Source of the DNA: an uncultured Atopobium sp.
GTDB taxonomy: Bacteria > Actinomycetota > Coriobacteriia > Coriobacteriales > Atopobiaceae
Direction: 5' to 3'
Assembly: GCA_937997345.1 (NCBI GenBank)
Contig: CALKTD010000009.1
Location: 66,493 to 130,492, forward strand
Length of the DNA: 64,000 bases
Below are positions 55,171 to 64,000 of the stretch, piece after piece. Position 1 is the first letter of the stretch. Each line of letters begins with the position of its first letter. The translations under genes and the position numbers were made by a program. Under the pieces are notes generated by a model. That model made no database searches. It was not told the DNA's origin and saw only the letters and a list, made by a program, of their open reading frames with translations.

Positions 55171-57549
55171 GTGATAGAACAACCCACTAGGCCTTTTATT
55201 CCGTATAGCCTTTGTGCCTTGCTATTTGTTTGCGTATGGCTGCAAGTTTTTATCGCAAGAAACGTAATGCTTGATACTATTTTGCTTCAGATTTTAGGAA
55301 GCTGCATGGCGGCAGCCTTAGGACTTTGGTATGTAAAGTACGCGCATACCAGCCTTATGACTGTTGGAACGGTTTTACTTTTACTTGTAATTATCTTTAT
55401 CAAGTCTTCTTTTATATATGCCAGTCAAATGGCATCGGTAGATCTTTTAGAGTCAACTGCTATACACGATTTTGAATTAGTCGTATCAAGAGATTTAGTC
55501 TATAAAAATCATGCATGGACTGGTCAGGCAAACGTCATGTACCAGGGTAGATGCATTGGATCTGTGGGGCTACATGCCAAGGAACCATTCTTGCGAGAAA
55601 CTCATCTTTGTTGTGAAGGTAGGTTTACACAATATAAAGATAAGGAGTTTTCAGAAGAACAATTTAAGAGAGGAGTACTTGGTTCAATTCAGATAACCAA
55701 GGTGAATTCAAAAACCTATGGAGAGGGAATTATTGGAGAAGTTGCTCAATTTAGAGAAAACTGTATTTCTCAACTCCAACCAGAACAGAGCTTTGGTCGA
55801 GCGTTAGTTGCATGTGGTCTTTGTGCCTATAGGCCTAGCTTGTATAGCTTTAACATTCCTAGAATATTTATGCGTTGCGGTCTAATGCATCTCATTGCAA
55901 TTTCTAGTTGTCACATGGTAATTCTCTCTGTTTTCATTGACGCTTTTCTTAAAAAGCTAACGATAAAACCTCTTTTAAGAGGGGTAGTGAATTTATTTTT
56001 ACTCAGTAGCTACGCGCTTTTCTGTGGATTACCTGCGTCTGCAATGAGGGCAATACTTCTTGTTGAACAAAAATACGTAATGCAATATGTGGGAAGAAAA
56101 AATCATACGCTCTCAGCAGTTTCTATCGTTGCATTATTTATGCTTTGTATAGATCCACAGCTAAGTGTGAATATTGCTTTCACTTTGTCTTTAGCATGTA
56201 TTTTTGGCATGAATATCTACGGCGGTCTTGCTCAGTACTATGCAAAAATTGCTTTTCGCATATCTGGATATGGAAAAATACAGAAGATTCTTAGAAAACC
56301 GTTTTCTGACGTACGAAACACTATGTGTGCCACAACCGTTGCTCAGCTTTCGTGCCTTCCAATTTCTTGCATGTACTTTGGTCATTTTTCTTTACTTGCT
56401 CCTCTTTCAAGTGCGCTGATTACAAGTTTATTTTCTCTTCTGAGCTTATTTGGAATTGGGGCAATAGCTTTATGTTGGTTTAAACCGGCTCAAGATGTTG
56501 CTTTCTGCCTTGTGGATTTTCTTGGTCAGTTTATAGAGACTCTTTCTTCTTTTTTATCCGAAAGATCTTTTGCAAGCGTGTCGTTAACTGACATGAGTTG
56601 GATAGTTTCATTGCTTGTGTTTGCAGCAATGGTGGCTCTTTATGTGTTTTGGCCAAAAGGGAAAAGAGTAGTTTTATCTGGCATTTGTTTGATGGTGTTT
56701 ATGCTTATTTTGGGTTTAAGTATCTACTGGAAATTTTTCTCGCCAACAAGAATTTGTGTGATGGATATTGGTCAAGGTGATGCCATATTGCTCAGTGATG
56801 GTGCGCATTCTCTGCTTGTAGACACGAGTGTGGGAGATGTGGTTAATGACGCTCTAGAGCGACAACACATCTCATATCTTGATGCTATTTTGCTCACACA
56901 CCTTGATGAGGATCATGCTGGTGGCGTGAAGTATATGGTTGGTTCGGTGAAGGCAGGTCGGGTATTAGTTGGAGAAGGAATAACAAAACAAGAAAAACCT
57001 GAGCTTCAGAGAGCTATTCAGAGGATTTCCGGCAGCAGCTCTTATGAAGTTTTATATGGTGATGAATTTGATGTTGGTCGCTTTCATATTCGCGTTGTGT
57101 GGCCACATAGGGGATACAAAGCTAAAGAAGCTAATAATGCGTCGGTTGAGCTCTATGTGACGTATAACGACGGGCAAAATACCCTAACTACGCTTTTAAC
57201 GGGAGACGCTGAAAGAGATCAGACAAAAGAGACGGTGGATTCAGGCGATGTTGGCGATATAGATTTCTTAAAAGTTGGACATCATGGTGCAGCAAAGTCG
57301 CTTTATCCAGAAACTGCTCGTGCGCTAAAACCCGAGGTAGCAATTGCAAGTGCTGGAAAGAATAATCGTTATGGTCATCCTAAACAGGAAGCGGTGGATA
57401 TCTTAGAGGGTGTTGGAGCAAGGTTTTATTGCACAAAAGATTATGGAGACGTCACCGTATTTCCCGGAGAACATGGACCTAGGGTAAGTGTGCAACATGC
57501 TAAAGTAGATACAGATTTAGAGGAGGAAAAAGATGGCGGAGCAGGCTAA
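55171..57549 (+). CDS. comEC: DNA internalisation channel ComEC/Rec2 with a C-terminal metallo-beta-lactamase domain; start uncertain
   Basis: Polytopic competence domain (MHLIAISSCHM) and MBL motifs (DIGQGDA, THLDEDHAGG, GHHG). The frame is open from 55111; GTG 55171 immediately follows the comEA stop. Confidence 0.85.
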   Translation: MIEQPTRPFIPYSLCALLFVCVWLQVFIARNVMLDTILLQILGSCMAAALGLWYVKYAHTSLMTVGTVLLLLVIIFIKSSFIYASQMASVDLLESTAIHDFELVVSRDLVYKNHAWTGQANVMYQGRCIGSVGLHAKEPFLRETHLCCEGRFTQYKDKEFSEEQFKRGVLGSIQITKVNSKTYGEGIIGEVAQFRENCISQLQPEQSFGRALVACGLCAYRPSLYSFNIPRIFMRCGLMHLIAISSCHMVILSVFIDAFLKKLTIKPLLRGVVNLFLLSSYALFCGLPASAMRAILLVEQKYVMQYVGRKNHTLSAVSIVALFMLCIDPQLSVNIAFTLSLACIFGMNIYGGLAQYYAKIAFRISGYGKIQKILRKPFSDVRNTMCATTVAQLSCLPISCMYFGHFSLLAPLSSALITSLFSLLSLFGIGAIALCWFKPAQDVAFCLVDFLGQFIETLSSFLSERSFASVSLTDMSWIVSLLVFAAMVALYVFWPKGKRVVLSGICLMVFMLILGLSIYWKFFSPTRICVMDIGQGDAILLSDGAHSLLVDTSVGDVVNDALERQHISYLDAILLTHLDEDHAGGVKYMVGSVKAGRVLVGEGITKQEKPELQRAIQRISGSSSYEVLYGDEFDVGRFHIRVVWPHRGYKAKEANNASVELYVTYNDGQNTLTTLLTGDAERDQTKETVDSGDVGDIDFLKVGHHGAAKSLYPETARALKPEVAIASAGKNNRYGHPKQEAVDILEGVGARFYCTKDYGDVTVFPGEHGPRVSVQHAKVDTDLEEEKDGGAG

Positions 57550-58504
57550 GCTACTAGCTGCATATTTGGCTGTTGGCCCTGACGAGATGAAGCGTGCGAG
57601 GGCTATAGACAAACTTAAAAGCCGTCTTAACCAGAGTTTTATTACGTTTAATCTTGATGAGATTTCTGTAAGTGCTGAGCTGACTCCAGAATCTGTTCTG
57701 TCATCCGCTCAAACACTTCCTATGGGTGATTCTAGACGAATTGTTGTCATTGATGATGCAGGTAAATTGCCTAAGTCTGTATCAGAGGCTCTTGTTGAGT
57801 ATCTAAAGAACCCCAATCCAACTACTACGCTGATGCTTTCTGCAAGTAAACTTGCCAAAACAACAAGGCTCTACAAAGCAGTTGATGCCCTAGGTAAGCT
57901 CGCAGTTATTAATTGTGGTGCAATGACCAGAAGTGAATTGCCTAAATATATTGGAGATCTTGGAAGAAAGTATGGGCTACAAATTCCAGCAAATGTGGCT
58001 AATGAACTTGTAAGTCGTGTTGGCGATAATACCACCATGCTTGATTCTCAGGTTAAATCTCTAGCAGCTCTGCTGGGTCGTCCTGGTGCAATTGACGTTC
58101 AGTTTGTAGAAACTCATGTTGCACGAGTGGTTGAGGTCAAGCCGTGGGATTTTCTCGACAGTTTATCAGCGAGAAATGCTCAAAAGGCTTTGGAGCTTTA
58201 CAGTCAGATGGATGAATCGGGAGCTATTGGAAATCTGTCGCTTATGACCGGGCGTGTAAGAGAGCTTATTTGCGCCAGGTCTATGGTTAAGCGTGGTACA
58301 GAGCGGGAAATTGCCTCAGTTTTGGGCAAGCAGGACTGGCAGGTAAGAAATTATGCTCGGTGGGCGCGTCAATTTGCAGATGGCGAGCTTGAACATGTTC
58401 TGGGCCTCTGTGCAGATGCAGAACGTGGTCTTAAGAGTGGAGAAGATAAATCAACCACAATGACCAAGCTTATCTTTGCTCTGTGCGGCGTCGCAAATGT
58501 GTAG
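57533..58504 (+). CDS. holA: DNA polymerase III subunit delta
   Basis: 323-aa HolA-like protein. It follows comEC, the conserved comEA-comEC-holA synteny. Confidence 0.82.
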   Translation: MAEQAKLLAAYLAVGPDEMKRARAIDKLKSRLNQSFITFNLDEISVSAELTPESVLSSAQTLPMGDSRRIVVIDDAGKLPKSVSEALVEYLKNPNPTTTLMLSASKLAKTTRLYKAVDALGKLAVINCGAMTRSELPKYIGDLGRKYGLQIPANVANELVSRVGDNTTMLDSQVKSLAALLGRPGAIDVQFVETHVARVVEVKPWDFLDSLSARNAQKALELYSQMDESGAIGNLSLMTGRVRELICARSMVKRGTEREIASVLGKQDWQVRNYARWARQFADGELEHVLGLCADAERGLKSGEDKSTTMTKLIFALCGVANV

Positions 58505-58524
58505 ATTCAAAGAATTCAGGTAAG

Positions 58525-58555
58525 AAAAAACGGACTCCAAGGAGTCCGTTTTAAA
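58525..58555. terminator. Bidirectional terminator between holA and rpsT
   Basis: AAAAAACGGACTCC-aa-GGAGTCCGTTTT, with an A-run on one side and a T-run on the other. Confidence 0.7.
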
Positions 58556-58576
58556 AAGTTTAAAAGTAGATAAGAA

Positions 58577-58840
58577 CTACTTAAGGGTGTTAACAAGCTT
58601 CTGAACGCCGCTCTTACGCTGAGCAGCCTGATTCTTGTGTACGATGCCCTTAGAAGCAGCCTTGTCAAGAAGGCGGGATGCCTTGTTAGCTGCAACCTGT
58701 GCGTCCTCAAGCTGGCCTGCCTCAACAGCAGTGCGAACTGCCTTAATAGCAGTCTTAAGCTCGGAACGGACAGCCTTGTTGCGCTGGCGTGCCTTCTCAG
58801 CGGTGAGAATACGCTTCTTCTGAGACTTGATGTTAGCCAC
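58577..58840 (-). CDS. rpsT: 30S ribosomal protein S20
   Basis: [30 protein letters not shown] is the canonical S20 N-terminus. Confidence 0.95.
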   Translation of the reverse strand: MANIKSQKKRILTAEKARQRNKAVRSELKTAIKAVRTAVEAGQLEDAQVAANKASRLLDKAASKGIVHKNQAAQRKSGVQKLVNTLK

Positions 58841-58948
58841 GTGCGGTTCCTTTCGGTGTTTACTATGTGAGGCCTCTTCGCTGAGACACGTTTGAGGCAG
58901 CTGTTGAAGTATAGCACGAAGGGGGTAGTTTACGCTATTATTTTCCTC

Positions 58949-60760
58949 ATGAATACACAGGATACTTCACATATTCGCAACTTCTCTATTGTTGCGCACA
59001 TCGATCACGGTAAATCTACCATCAGTGACCGCATTTTGGAGCTTACTCATACCGTTGAAGAACGTGATATGGAGTCACAGCTCTTGGACACTATGGACAT
59101 TGAACGTGAGCGTGGAATTACTATCAAATCAAACGCAGTCCGCGTCATGTATGACGCAGATGACGGAGAGCACTATCAGTTCAACTTGATTGACACCCCA
59201 GGCCACGTTGACTTTACCTATGAGGTCTCAAGGTCTTTGGCTGCTTGTGAGGGTGCAGTGCTGGTTGTTGATGCAACGCAAGGCGTTGAGGCACAGACAG
59301 TCTCAAACGCTATGCTGGCCATGAACGCTAACCTGGACATTGTTCCTGCAATCAACAAGATTGACCTTCCATCTGCTCGTCCAGAAGAGGTTTGTGCAGA
59401 AATTGAGGACGTTCTTGCCATTCCTGCTGATGATGCGGTATGTGTCTCTGGCAAGACCGGCGAGGGTATTCATGAGCTTCTTGAGGCTTTGGTGTACTTG
59501 GTTTCTCCTCCAAAAGGAGATCCTACAGCGCCACTTAAGGCACTTATTCTTGACTCGTATTTTGACCAATTCAGAGGCGTCGTTGCAACGGTGCGTGTTT
59601 TTGATGGTTCAATCAAGGCCGGCGACCAGCTTCTTATGATGCAGGGATCTATGCCTTTTCTTGTTGAAGAAGTTGGCGCTAAGAGACCTCTTGAGATGGC
59701 TGTTGACCAGCTTTCTGTTGGTGAAGTTGGCTATGTGGTAACTGGCCTTAAAGACCCTGAAGCTGTCCGCGTTGGAGACACGCTGACCTATAAGCAAAAT
59801 CCTTGTGCAGAACCACTGCCAGGTTATCGCGAGGCTAAGCCAATGGTATTTACCGGTCTTTTCCCGGTTGATAACAAACAGTACGAGAATCTCCGTGACG
59901 CACTTGATAAGCTGCACGTTAATGATCCGTCGCTTACGTGGTCTCCAGAGACGTCTGTTGCTTTGGGATTTGGCTTCAGAGTAGGCTTTTTGGGCCTTCT
60001 CCACATGGAAGTTGTTAAAGAACGTCTTGAGCGTGAGTTTGACCTGGACCTGATTGCTACCAGTCCCTCTGTTGACTATCACGTCTATAAGACCGATGGA
60101 ACTATGATTGAGATTACCAGTCCTCAAGATCTTCCAGAGGTTACCAAGATTGACCGCATTGATGAACCATACCTAAAGGCAAAGATTATTGTGCCTCCTG
60201 AGTATGTTGGTACGGTTATGCAGCTTGTTGTTGATCATCGTGGTGTATCTGAAGACATGGTGTATCTGTCTGATAAGTCTGTCGAGATGATCTTTAACAT
60301 TCCTTTGGCAGAGCTTATCCTGGACTTCTTTGACCAGCTTAAGAGTAGAACCAAAGGTTATGCCTCACTTGACTATGAGTTTGATTCGTATCGCACTTCT
60401 GACCTGGTTAAGCTTGATATCTTGCTTGCTGGAGACGTCGTTGATGCACTTTCGTTTATTGTTCACAAAGACAAGGCATATGATCTTGCTCGTGGTCTTT
60501 GCGACAGGCTAAAAGGCATCATTCCTCAGCAGCTCTTTGAGGTTCCTATTCAGGGTGCTATTGGCAATAAAATCATTTCTCGCTCTACTGTTCGCGCTCG
60601 TAGAAAGGACGTTTTGGCTAAATGCTACGGCGGCGATATTTCCAGAAAGCGCAAACTGCTTGAAAAGCAAAAAGAGGGTAAGAAGCGCATGAAGCAGATT
60701 GGCTCAGTCGAAGTACCTCAAGAGGCATTCTTGGCTGTTCTCAAGGTTGACGACGAGTAG
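58949..60760 (+). CDS. lepA: Translation elongation factor 4 (LepA)
   Basis: Motifs [24 protein letters not shown] and NKIDL, with the LepA C-terminal domain. The ATG at 58949 (MNTQDTSH) gives a canonical N-terminus; the ORF track starts at 58892. Confidence 0.96.
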   Translation: MNTQDTSHIRNFSIVAHIDHGKSTISDRILELTHTVEERDMESQLLDTMDIERERGITIKSNAVRVMYDADDGEHYQFNLIDTPGHVDFTYEVSRSLAACEGAVLVVDATQGVEAQTVSNAMLAMNANLDIVPAINKIDLPSARPEEVCAEIEDVLAIPADDAVCVSGKTGEGIHELLEALVYLVSPPKGDPTAPLKALILDSYFDQFRGVVATVRVFDGSIKAGDQLLMMQGSMPFLVEEVGAKRPLEMAVDQLSVGEVGYVVTGLKDPEAVRVGDTLTYKQNPCAEPLPGYREAKPMVFTGLFPVDNKQYENLRDALDKLHVNDPSLTWSPETSVALGFGFRVGFLGLLHMEVVKERLEREFDLDLIATSPSVDYHVYKTDGTMIEITSPQDLPEVTKIDRIDEPYLKAKIIVPPEYVGTVMQLVVDHRGVSEDMVYLSDKSVEMIFNIPLAELILDFFDQLKSRTKGYASLDYEFDSYRTSDLVKLDILLAGDVVDALSFIVHKDKAYDLARGLCDRLKGIIPQQLFEVPIQGAIGNKIISRSTVRARRKDVLAKCYGGDISRKRKLLEKQKEGKKRMKQIGSVEVPQEAFLAVLKVDDE

Positions 60761-60769
60761 AAGGTATTT

Positions 60770-61861
60770 GTGGAATCGCTTCAAACAATTATTTCAACCT
60801 GCGCACCTCAAGCAGGTCTTTCTTCTCGTATTGTTCCTTTTGTGTCAGGATCTTCACTCAAGGAGCGTCTGTCCGCTCATCCTGTGTTTATGGCACCTAT
60901 GGCTGGTGTCAGTGATGGTGTGTATCGTACTATGGCTCGAGCGGGCGGAGCAGGTCTTGCGTACTCAGAAATGGTTTCTGTCGCAGGAATTCATTATGGT
61001 GGCGAGAAAACCTGGGAGCTTGTAGAGCCTCTTTCAACTGAGCCAGATATTGCTGTTCAACTTTTTGGTTCAAAGCCAGAACAGTTTAAAGAAGCGGCAG
61101 CTCAGATTAGTGAGCGCCTAGGAAATAAGCTTGCCCTTATTGATATTAATATGGCTTGTCCTGTTCCTAAGGTTGTCAAAAAAGGGGAGGGCTCAGCCCT
61201 TCTCGATACCCCAGAGCTTGCTGCAAATCTGGTTAAAGCTTGTCTTTCTGAGGTCGCGGTGCCTGTTACCGTAAAGATTAGACGAGGTAGACGTGAGGAT
61301 GAGGAAGTAGCTCCTGAGTTTGCTCGCGCCATGGAAGCTGCTGGAGCGTCTGCTGTTGCTATTCATGGCCGCTTTGCAACCCAGATGTATCGAGGCCAGG
61401 CGGAGTGGGAGACTGTTAATAGAGTTTGTGATGCTGTTTCAATTCCGGTAATAGGCTCGGGTGACATGCTCTCTGCTGAAGCGGCAGCTCATGCCCTTAC
61501 AGAAACGGGTGTGACAGCTGTAATGATTGCTCGTGGAACCTATGGTAATCCTTGGATTTTTAAGAACACTCAAGCTTTAGTTGAAGGTCAAGCTCCACTT
61601 GTTCCAACACTTGATCAGATGCTTGCATCTTTTATGATGCATGTACGCTTACTTGACGCAGCTCACATTCATATTGCTCGCGCAAGAAGCCTTTCTACCT
61701 GGTATTTTAGGGGTATTCCAAACGCCGCCTACTGGCGTGGTAAGTCAGTAAGGTGTGTTACTGCTCAAGATTTTATTGATCTGGCGCTAGAGATTAAAGA
61801 AACCGTCAAGCAACTTGAAGGTAAGCAGGAATCTCCTGAGCACAATCCATCTATAAGCTAG
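60770..61861 (+). CDS. tRNA-dihydrouridine synthase
   Basis: Dus motifs MAPMAGVSD, DINMACP and the catalytic-region TVKIR; TIM-barrel plus helical C-terminus. GTG start. Confidence 0.88.
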   Translation: MESLQTIISTCAPQAGLSSRIVPFVSGSSLKERLSAHPVFMAPMAGVSDGVYRTMARAGGAGLAYSEMVSVAGIHYGGEKTWELVEPLSTEPDIAVQLFGSKPEQFKEAAAQISERLGNKLALIDINMACPVPKVVKKGEGSALLDTPELAANLVKACLSEVAVPVTVKIRRGRREDEEVAPEFARAMEAAGASAVAIHGRFATQMYRGQAEWETVNRVCDAVSIPVIGSGDMLSAEAAAHALTETGVTAVMIARGTYGNPWIFKNTQALVEGQAPLVPTLDQMLASFMMHVRLLDAAHIHIARARSLSTWYFRGIPNAAYWRGKSVRCVTAQDFIDLALEIKETVKQLEGKQESPEHNPSIS

Positions 61862-61870
61862 TGGTCTGTT

Positions 61871-63121
61871 GTGGATTCTTGGCAGTCTAAATACAATCAA
61901 ACGGCTACCTCTGCACTTTATTTGCATATTCCGTTTTGCTCTCAAAAATGCTTTTATTGCGATTTCTCTTCTTGGTCTACAAGGCAAGAAGATAGTCGCA
62001 TGAAAAATTATGTTAAAGCTCTAAAATATCAGTTAGATGAAGCCGCTCAGCTTGGTTTGTTATCAGCCACAAAAACAGTTTATATGGGCGGTGGAACGCC
62101 AAGCTTGCTTGGTCAAGATGCAGTGGATTTGGCGCAGCACACTTCAGCGATTGTAAATCCTGCTGAGTTCAGCATTGAGGCAAATCCAGACTCACTGTCT
62201 GATGATCTTCTCGCCAGTCTTGCTACGGGCGGGGTAACACGAATTTCTTTGGGAGTTCAAAGCTTTAACGATAACGAGCTCAAAAAGTTGGGCAGAATTC
62301 ACTCGGCCGACCTGGCTTACGACAGAGTACTTGCTGCAAAAGAGTATGGTTACGATGTGTCGGTTGATCTTATGTGCGCTATTCCTGAGCAAACAGAGAG
62401 TTCTTGGGAGTTTTCACTCTCAAGATTTATCTCGCTTGGCGTAAATCATGTGAGCGTCTATCCGCTAACCATTGAAGATGGCACGGCGCTGGCTAAGCAA
62501 ACCCAGGATAAAGACACTCCATGGAACACCTACGACGTGCAGGCAGATCGAATGCAAGCTGCCTCAAAGGTGCTTCAAGCCGTGGGGTTTGAACGCTACG
62601 AGGTAGCAAGTTATGCTCGCAATCAGAAGAGCTGTAAGCATAATAAGATGTACTGGACAGGCGAGTCGTACCTTGGCCTTGGGACTAGCGCGGCAAGCAT
62701 GTTGACTGCAGCTGAGTACGATGTACTTGCCAAGGTCAACACCTCTTTGCCAAATCGTCCGCAAAATGCCGTTCGTGTGCGATTGGTGGTTCTTGACGCT
62801 CCAAGAAAAATTGCCGAAGGTGCATCGCTTTTCTCGACAGAGTTTGATGTTGAATTTCTGACTCAAAGAGAAGCTGTGGCAGAAGATTTGATGTTGCATG
62901 CTCGTCTTATGGAGACAATCTCGCCTGCACTTTTGGATGAGGCTGAGCTGGTATTTGACTCGTTAAGCCCACACGATACGTTTGATGCGTGCGTACGAGA
63001 TGGGCTGTTAGTTCACGTTGATGCGGCAAATTCTAGGACTGGAACTTCATATAAGCCTACCGAGAAGGGCTGGCTGCTTGGCAACGAGCTCTATGGACGT
63101 CTTTGGGATTTACGTTTGTAA
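61871..63121 (+). CDS. hemW: Radical SAM heme chaperone HemW (coproporphyrinogen-III oxidase-like)
   Basis: Motifs LYLHIPFCSQKCFYCDF (CxxxCxxC) and GGGTPS. It lies in the lepA-proximal position typical of hemW. Confidence 0.9.
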   Translation: MDSWQSKYNQTATSALYLHIPFCSQKCFYCDFSSWSTRQEDSRMKNYVKALKYQLDEAAQLGLLSATKTVYMGGGTPSLLGQDAVDLAQHTSAIVNPAEFSIEANPDSLSDDLLASLATGGVTRISLGVQSFNDNELKKLGRIHSADLAYDRVLAAKEYGYDVSVDLMCAIPEQTESSWEFSLSRFISLGVNHVSVYPLTIEDGTALAKQTQDKDTPWNTYDVQADRMQAASKVLQAVGFERYEVASYARNQKSCKHNKMYWTGESYLGLGTSAASMLTAAEYDVLAKVNTSLPNRPQNAVRVRLVVLDAPRKIAEGASLFSTEFDVEFLTQREAVAEDLMLHARLMETISPALLDEAELVFDSLSPHDTFDACVRDGLLVHVDAANSRTGTSYKPTEKGWLLGNELYGRLWDLRL

Positions 63122-63214
63122 TGCGTTTGTGCTGCATTAAGTTCAAAACAAGTGGGTACACTTTCAAACGTTCTCGTGATGCAGATTTTTTATGGGTTGA
63201 ATCGGAGAGATTTC

Positions 63215-64000
63215 ATGGCTGCTATGAACGAAAAGGACTACTACGCCATCCTTGGTGTTTCTGAGTCCGCGACAGCTGAAGAAATTAGAAAAGCTTTTCA
63301 AACTAAAGCTCGTAAGCTTCATCCTGACATCAATAAAGAGGCCGATGCTGAAGAGCGTTTTAAAGAGGTTTCTGAGGCATATGCTGTTCTGTCAGATGCC
63401 GAGAAACGCCGTCGTTATGACGCAATGAGAAGCGGTTCTTTCTATGGCGGCGGCTATGGTCCTTCTGGTTATCCTGGTGGATCTGCCTATGGAGGTTCTC
63501 CTTTTGAGGGAGGCTTCCCGTTTGGTGATATCAACTTTAATAATTGGACCACTGGATCTCAAAAGCGCTCTCGTGCATACAAGCCTCAGACTGGCGCAGA
63601 TATTGTCTACGACTTAACGCTGAATGATACAGACGCTAAAAATGGCGTTAAGAAAGGCATCACGTATCAGCGCTTTGTTACTTGTGATGCTTGTGCTGGT
63701 AAGGGATCTCAGCATAAAGCTGAGGCAACTACCTGTCCTACCTGCCACGGAACGGGCCATATTGACATTGATCTTTCTTCTATTTTTGGAGTAGGCAAGT
63801 TTAGAGTTGACTGTCCAGAGTGTGAAGGCGCTGGACACGTTGTACAGGACCCATGCGACGTTTGTGGTGGTTCTGGACGTGTTTTGTCTGCAAGCGAAAT
63901 TATGGTTGATGTACCAGCTAATTCACATGATGGTGACCAGATCAGAGTACCTGGAATGGGAAATGCAGGAACAAATGGTTCTGCAACCGGCGATTTTATC
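63215..64000 (+). CDS. dnaJ: Molecular chaperone DnaJ, N-terminal part (3' end lies outside the window)
   Basis: J domain DYYAILGV...KLHPDINK, a Gly/Phe/Tyr-rich linker, and four CxxCxGxG repeats (CDACAGKG, CPTCHGTG, CPECEGAG, CDVCGGSG). The frame is open to the window end and is not in the ORF track because no stop is reached. Confidence 0.93.
   Translation, partial: MAAMNEKDYYAILGVSESATAEEIRKAFQTKARKLHPDINKEADAEERFKEVSEAYAVLSDAEKRRRYDAMRSGSFYGGGYGPSGYPGGSAYGGSPFEGGFPFGDINFNNWTTGSQKRSRAYKPQTGADIVYDLTLNDTDAKNGVKKGITYQRFVTCDACAGKGSQHKAEATTCPTCHGTGHIDIDLSSIFGVGKFRVDCPECEGAGHVVQDPCDVCGGSGRVLSASEIMVDVPANSHDGDQIRVPGMGNAGTNGSATGDFI

Overview
This window is mostly core housekeeping chromosome from a moderately low-GC actinobacterium. 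An actinobacterial-type mIHF gene, an ileS T-box leader and the gene order suggest Coriobacteriia/Atopobiaceae; that placement is inference only. I found no rRNA genes, CRISPR arrays, transposases, integrases or recognisable defence genes.

Gene order on the + strand unless noted:
- smc (3' part)-ftsY-ffh
- an AT-rich two-gene insert (DUF454 protein and a membrane-anchored unknown)
- L,D-transpeptidase (-), a SpoU/TrmH methyltransferase, ftsH (-)
- T-box-ileS-lspA-rluD
- an AT-rich accessory block: AraC regulator (-), a fused ABC exporter and a membrane GT2 synthase
- guaB, leuS
- rimP-nusA-infB-rbfA-nrnA-truB-ribF-dnaG, rpoD, tRNA-Asn
- a galactose regulon: mglB/A/C-like uptake operon (+) convergent with galM-galK-galT (-), plus a LacI-type regulator
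- an orphan Wzt/TagH-like ABC ATPase
- pyrR-pyrB-pyrC-pyrK-pyrD-pyrF, mIHF-gmk-rpoZ, thiI
- comEA-comEC-holA, rpsT (-), lepA, dus, hemW, dnaJ (5' part)

Many adjacent genes are joined by TAATG or TAGTG stop/start overlaps.

The most unusual feature is the 780-bp non-coding spacer between the convergent mgl and gal operons. It is a roughly 760-bp dyad-symmetric module (38986-39744) centred on a GTTAAC site. It has GC-rich outer inverted repeats, mirrored intrinsic terminators, and an inner nested array of a ~25-bp repeat unit. One arm of that array reads as a 56-codon ORF with in-frame peptide repeats.

Other points worth follow-up:
- a 15-bp operator shared by three galactose promoters
- a ~200-aa coiled-coil extension on the MglC-like permease
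- an ABC ATPase with an N-terminal beta-sandwich-like domain and no adjacent permease
- the AraC/ABC/GT2 island
- several leader-RNA structures (ileS T-box, pyr attenuator, rimP-nusA leader hairpin)
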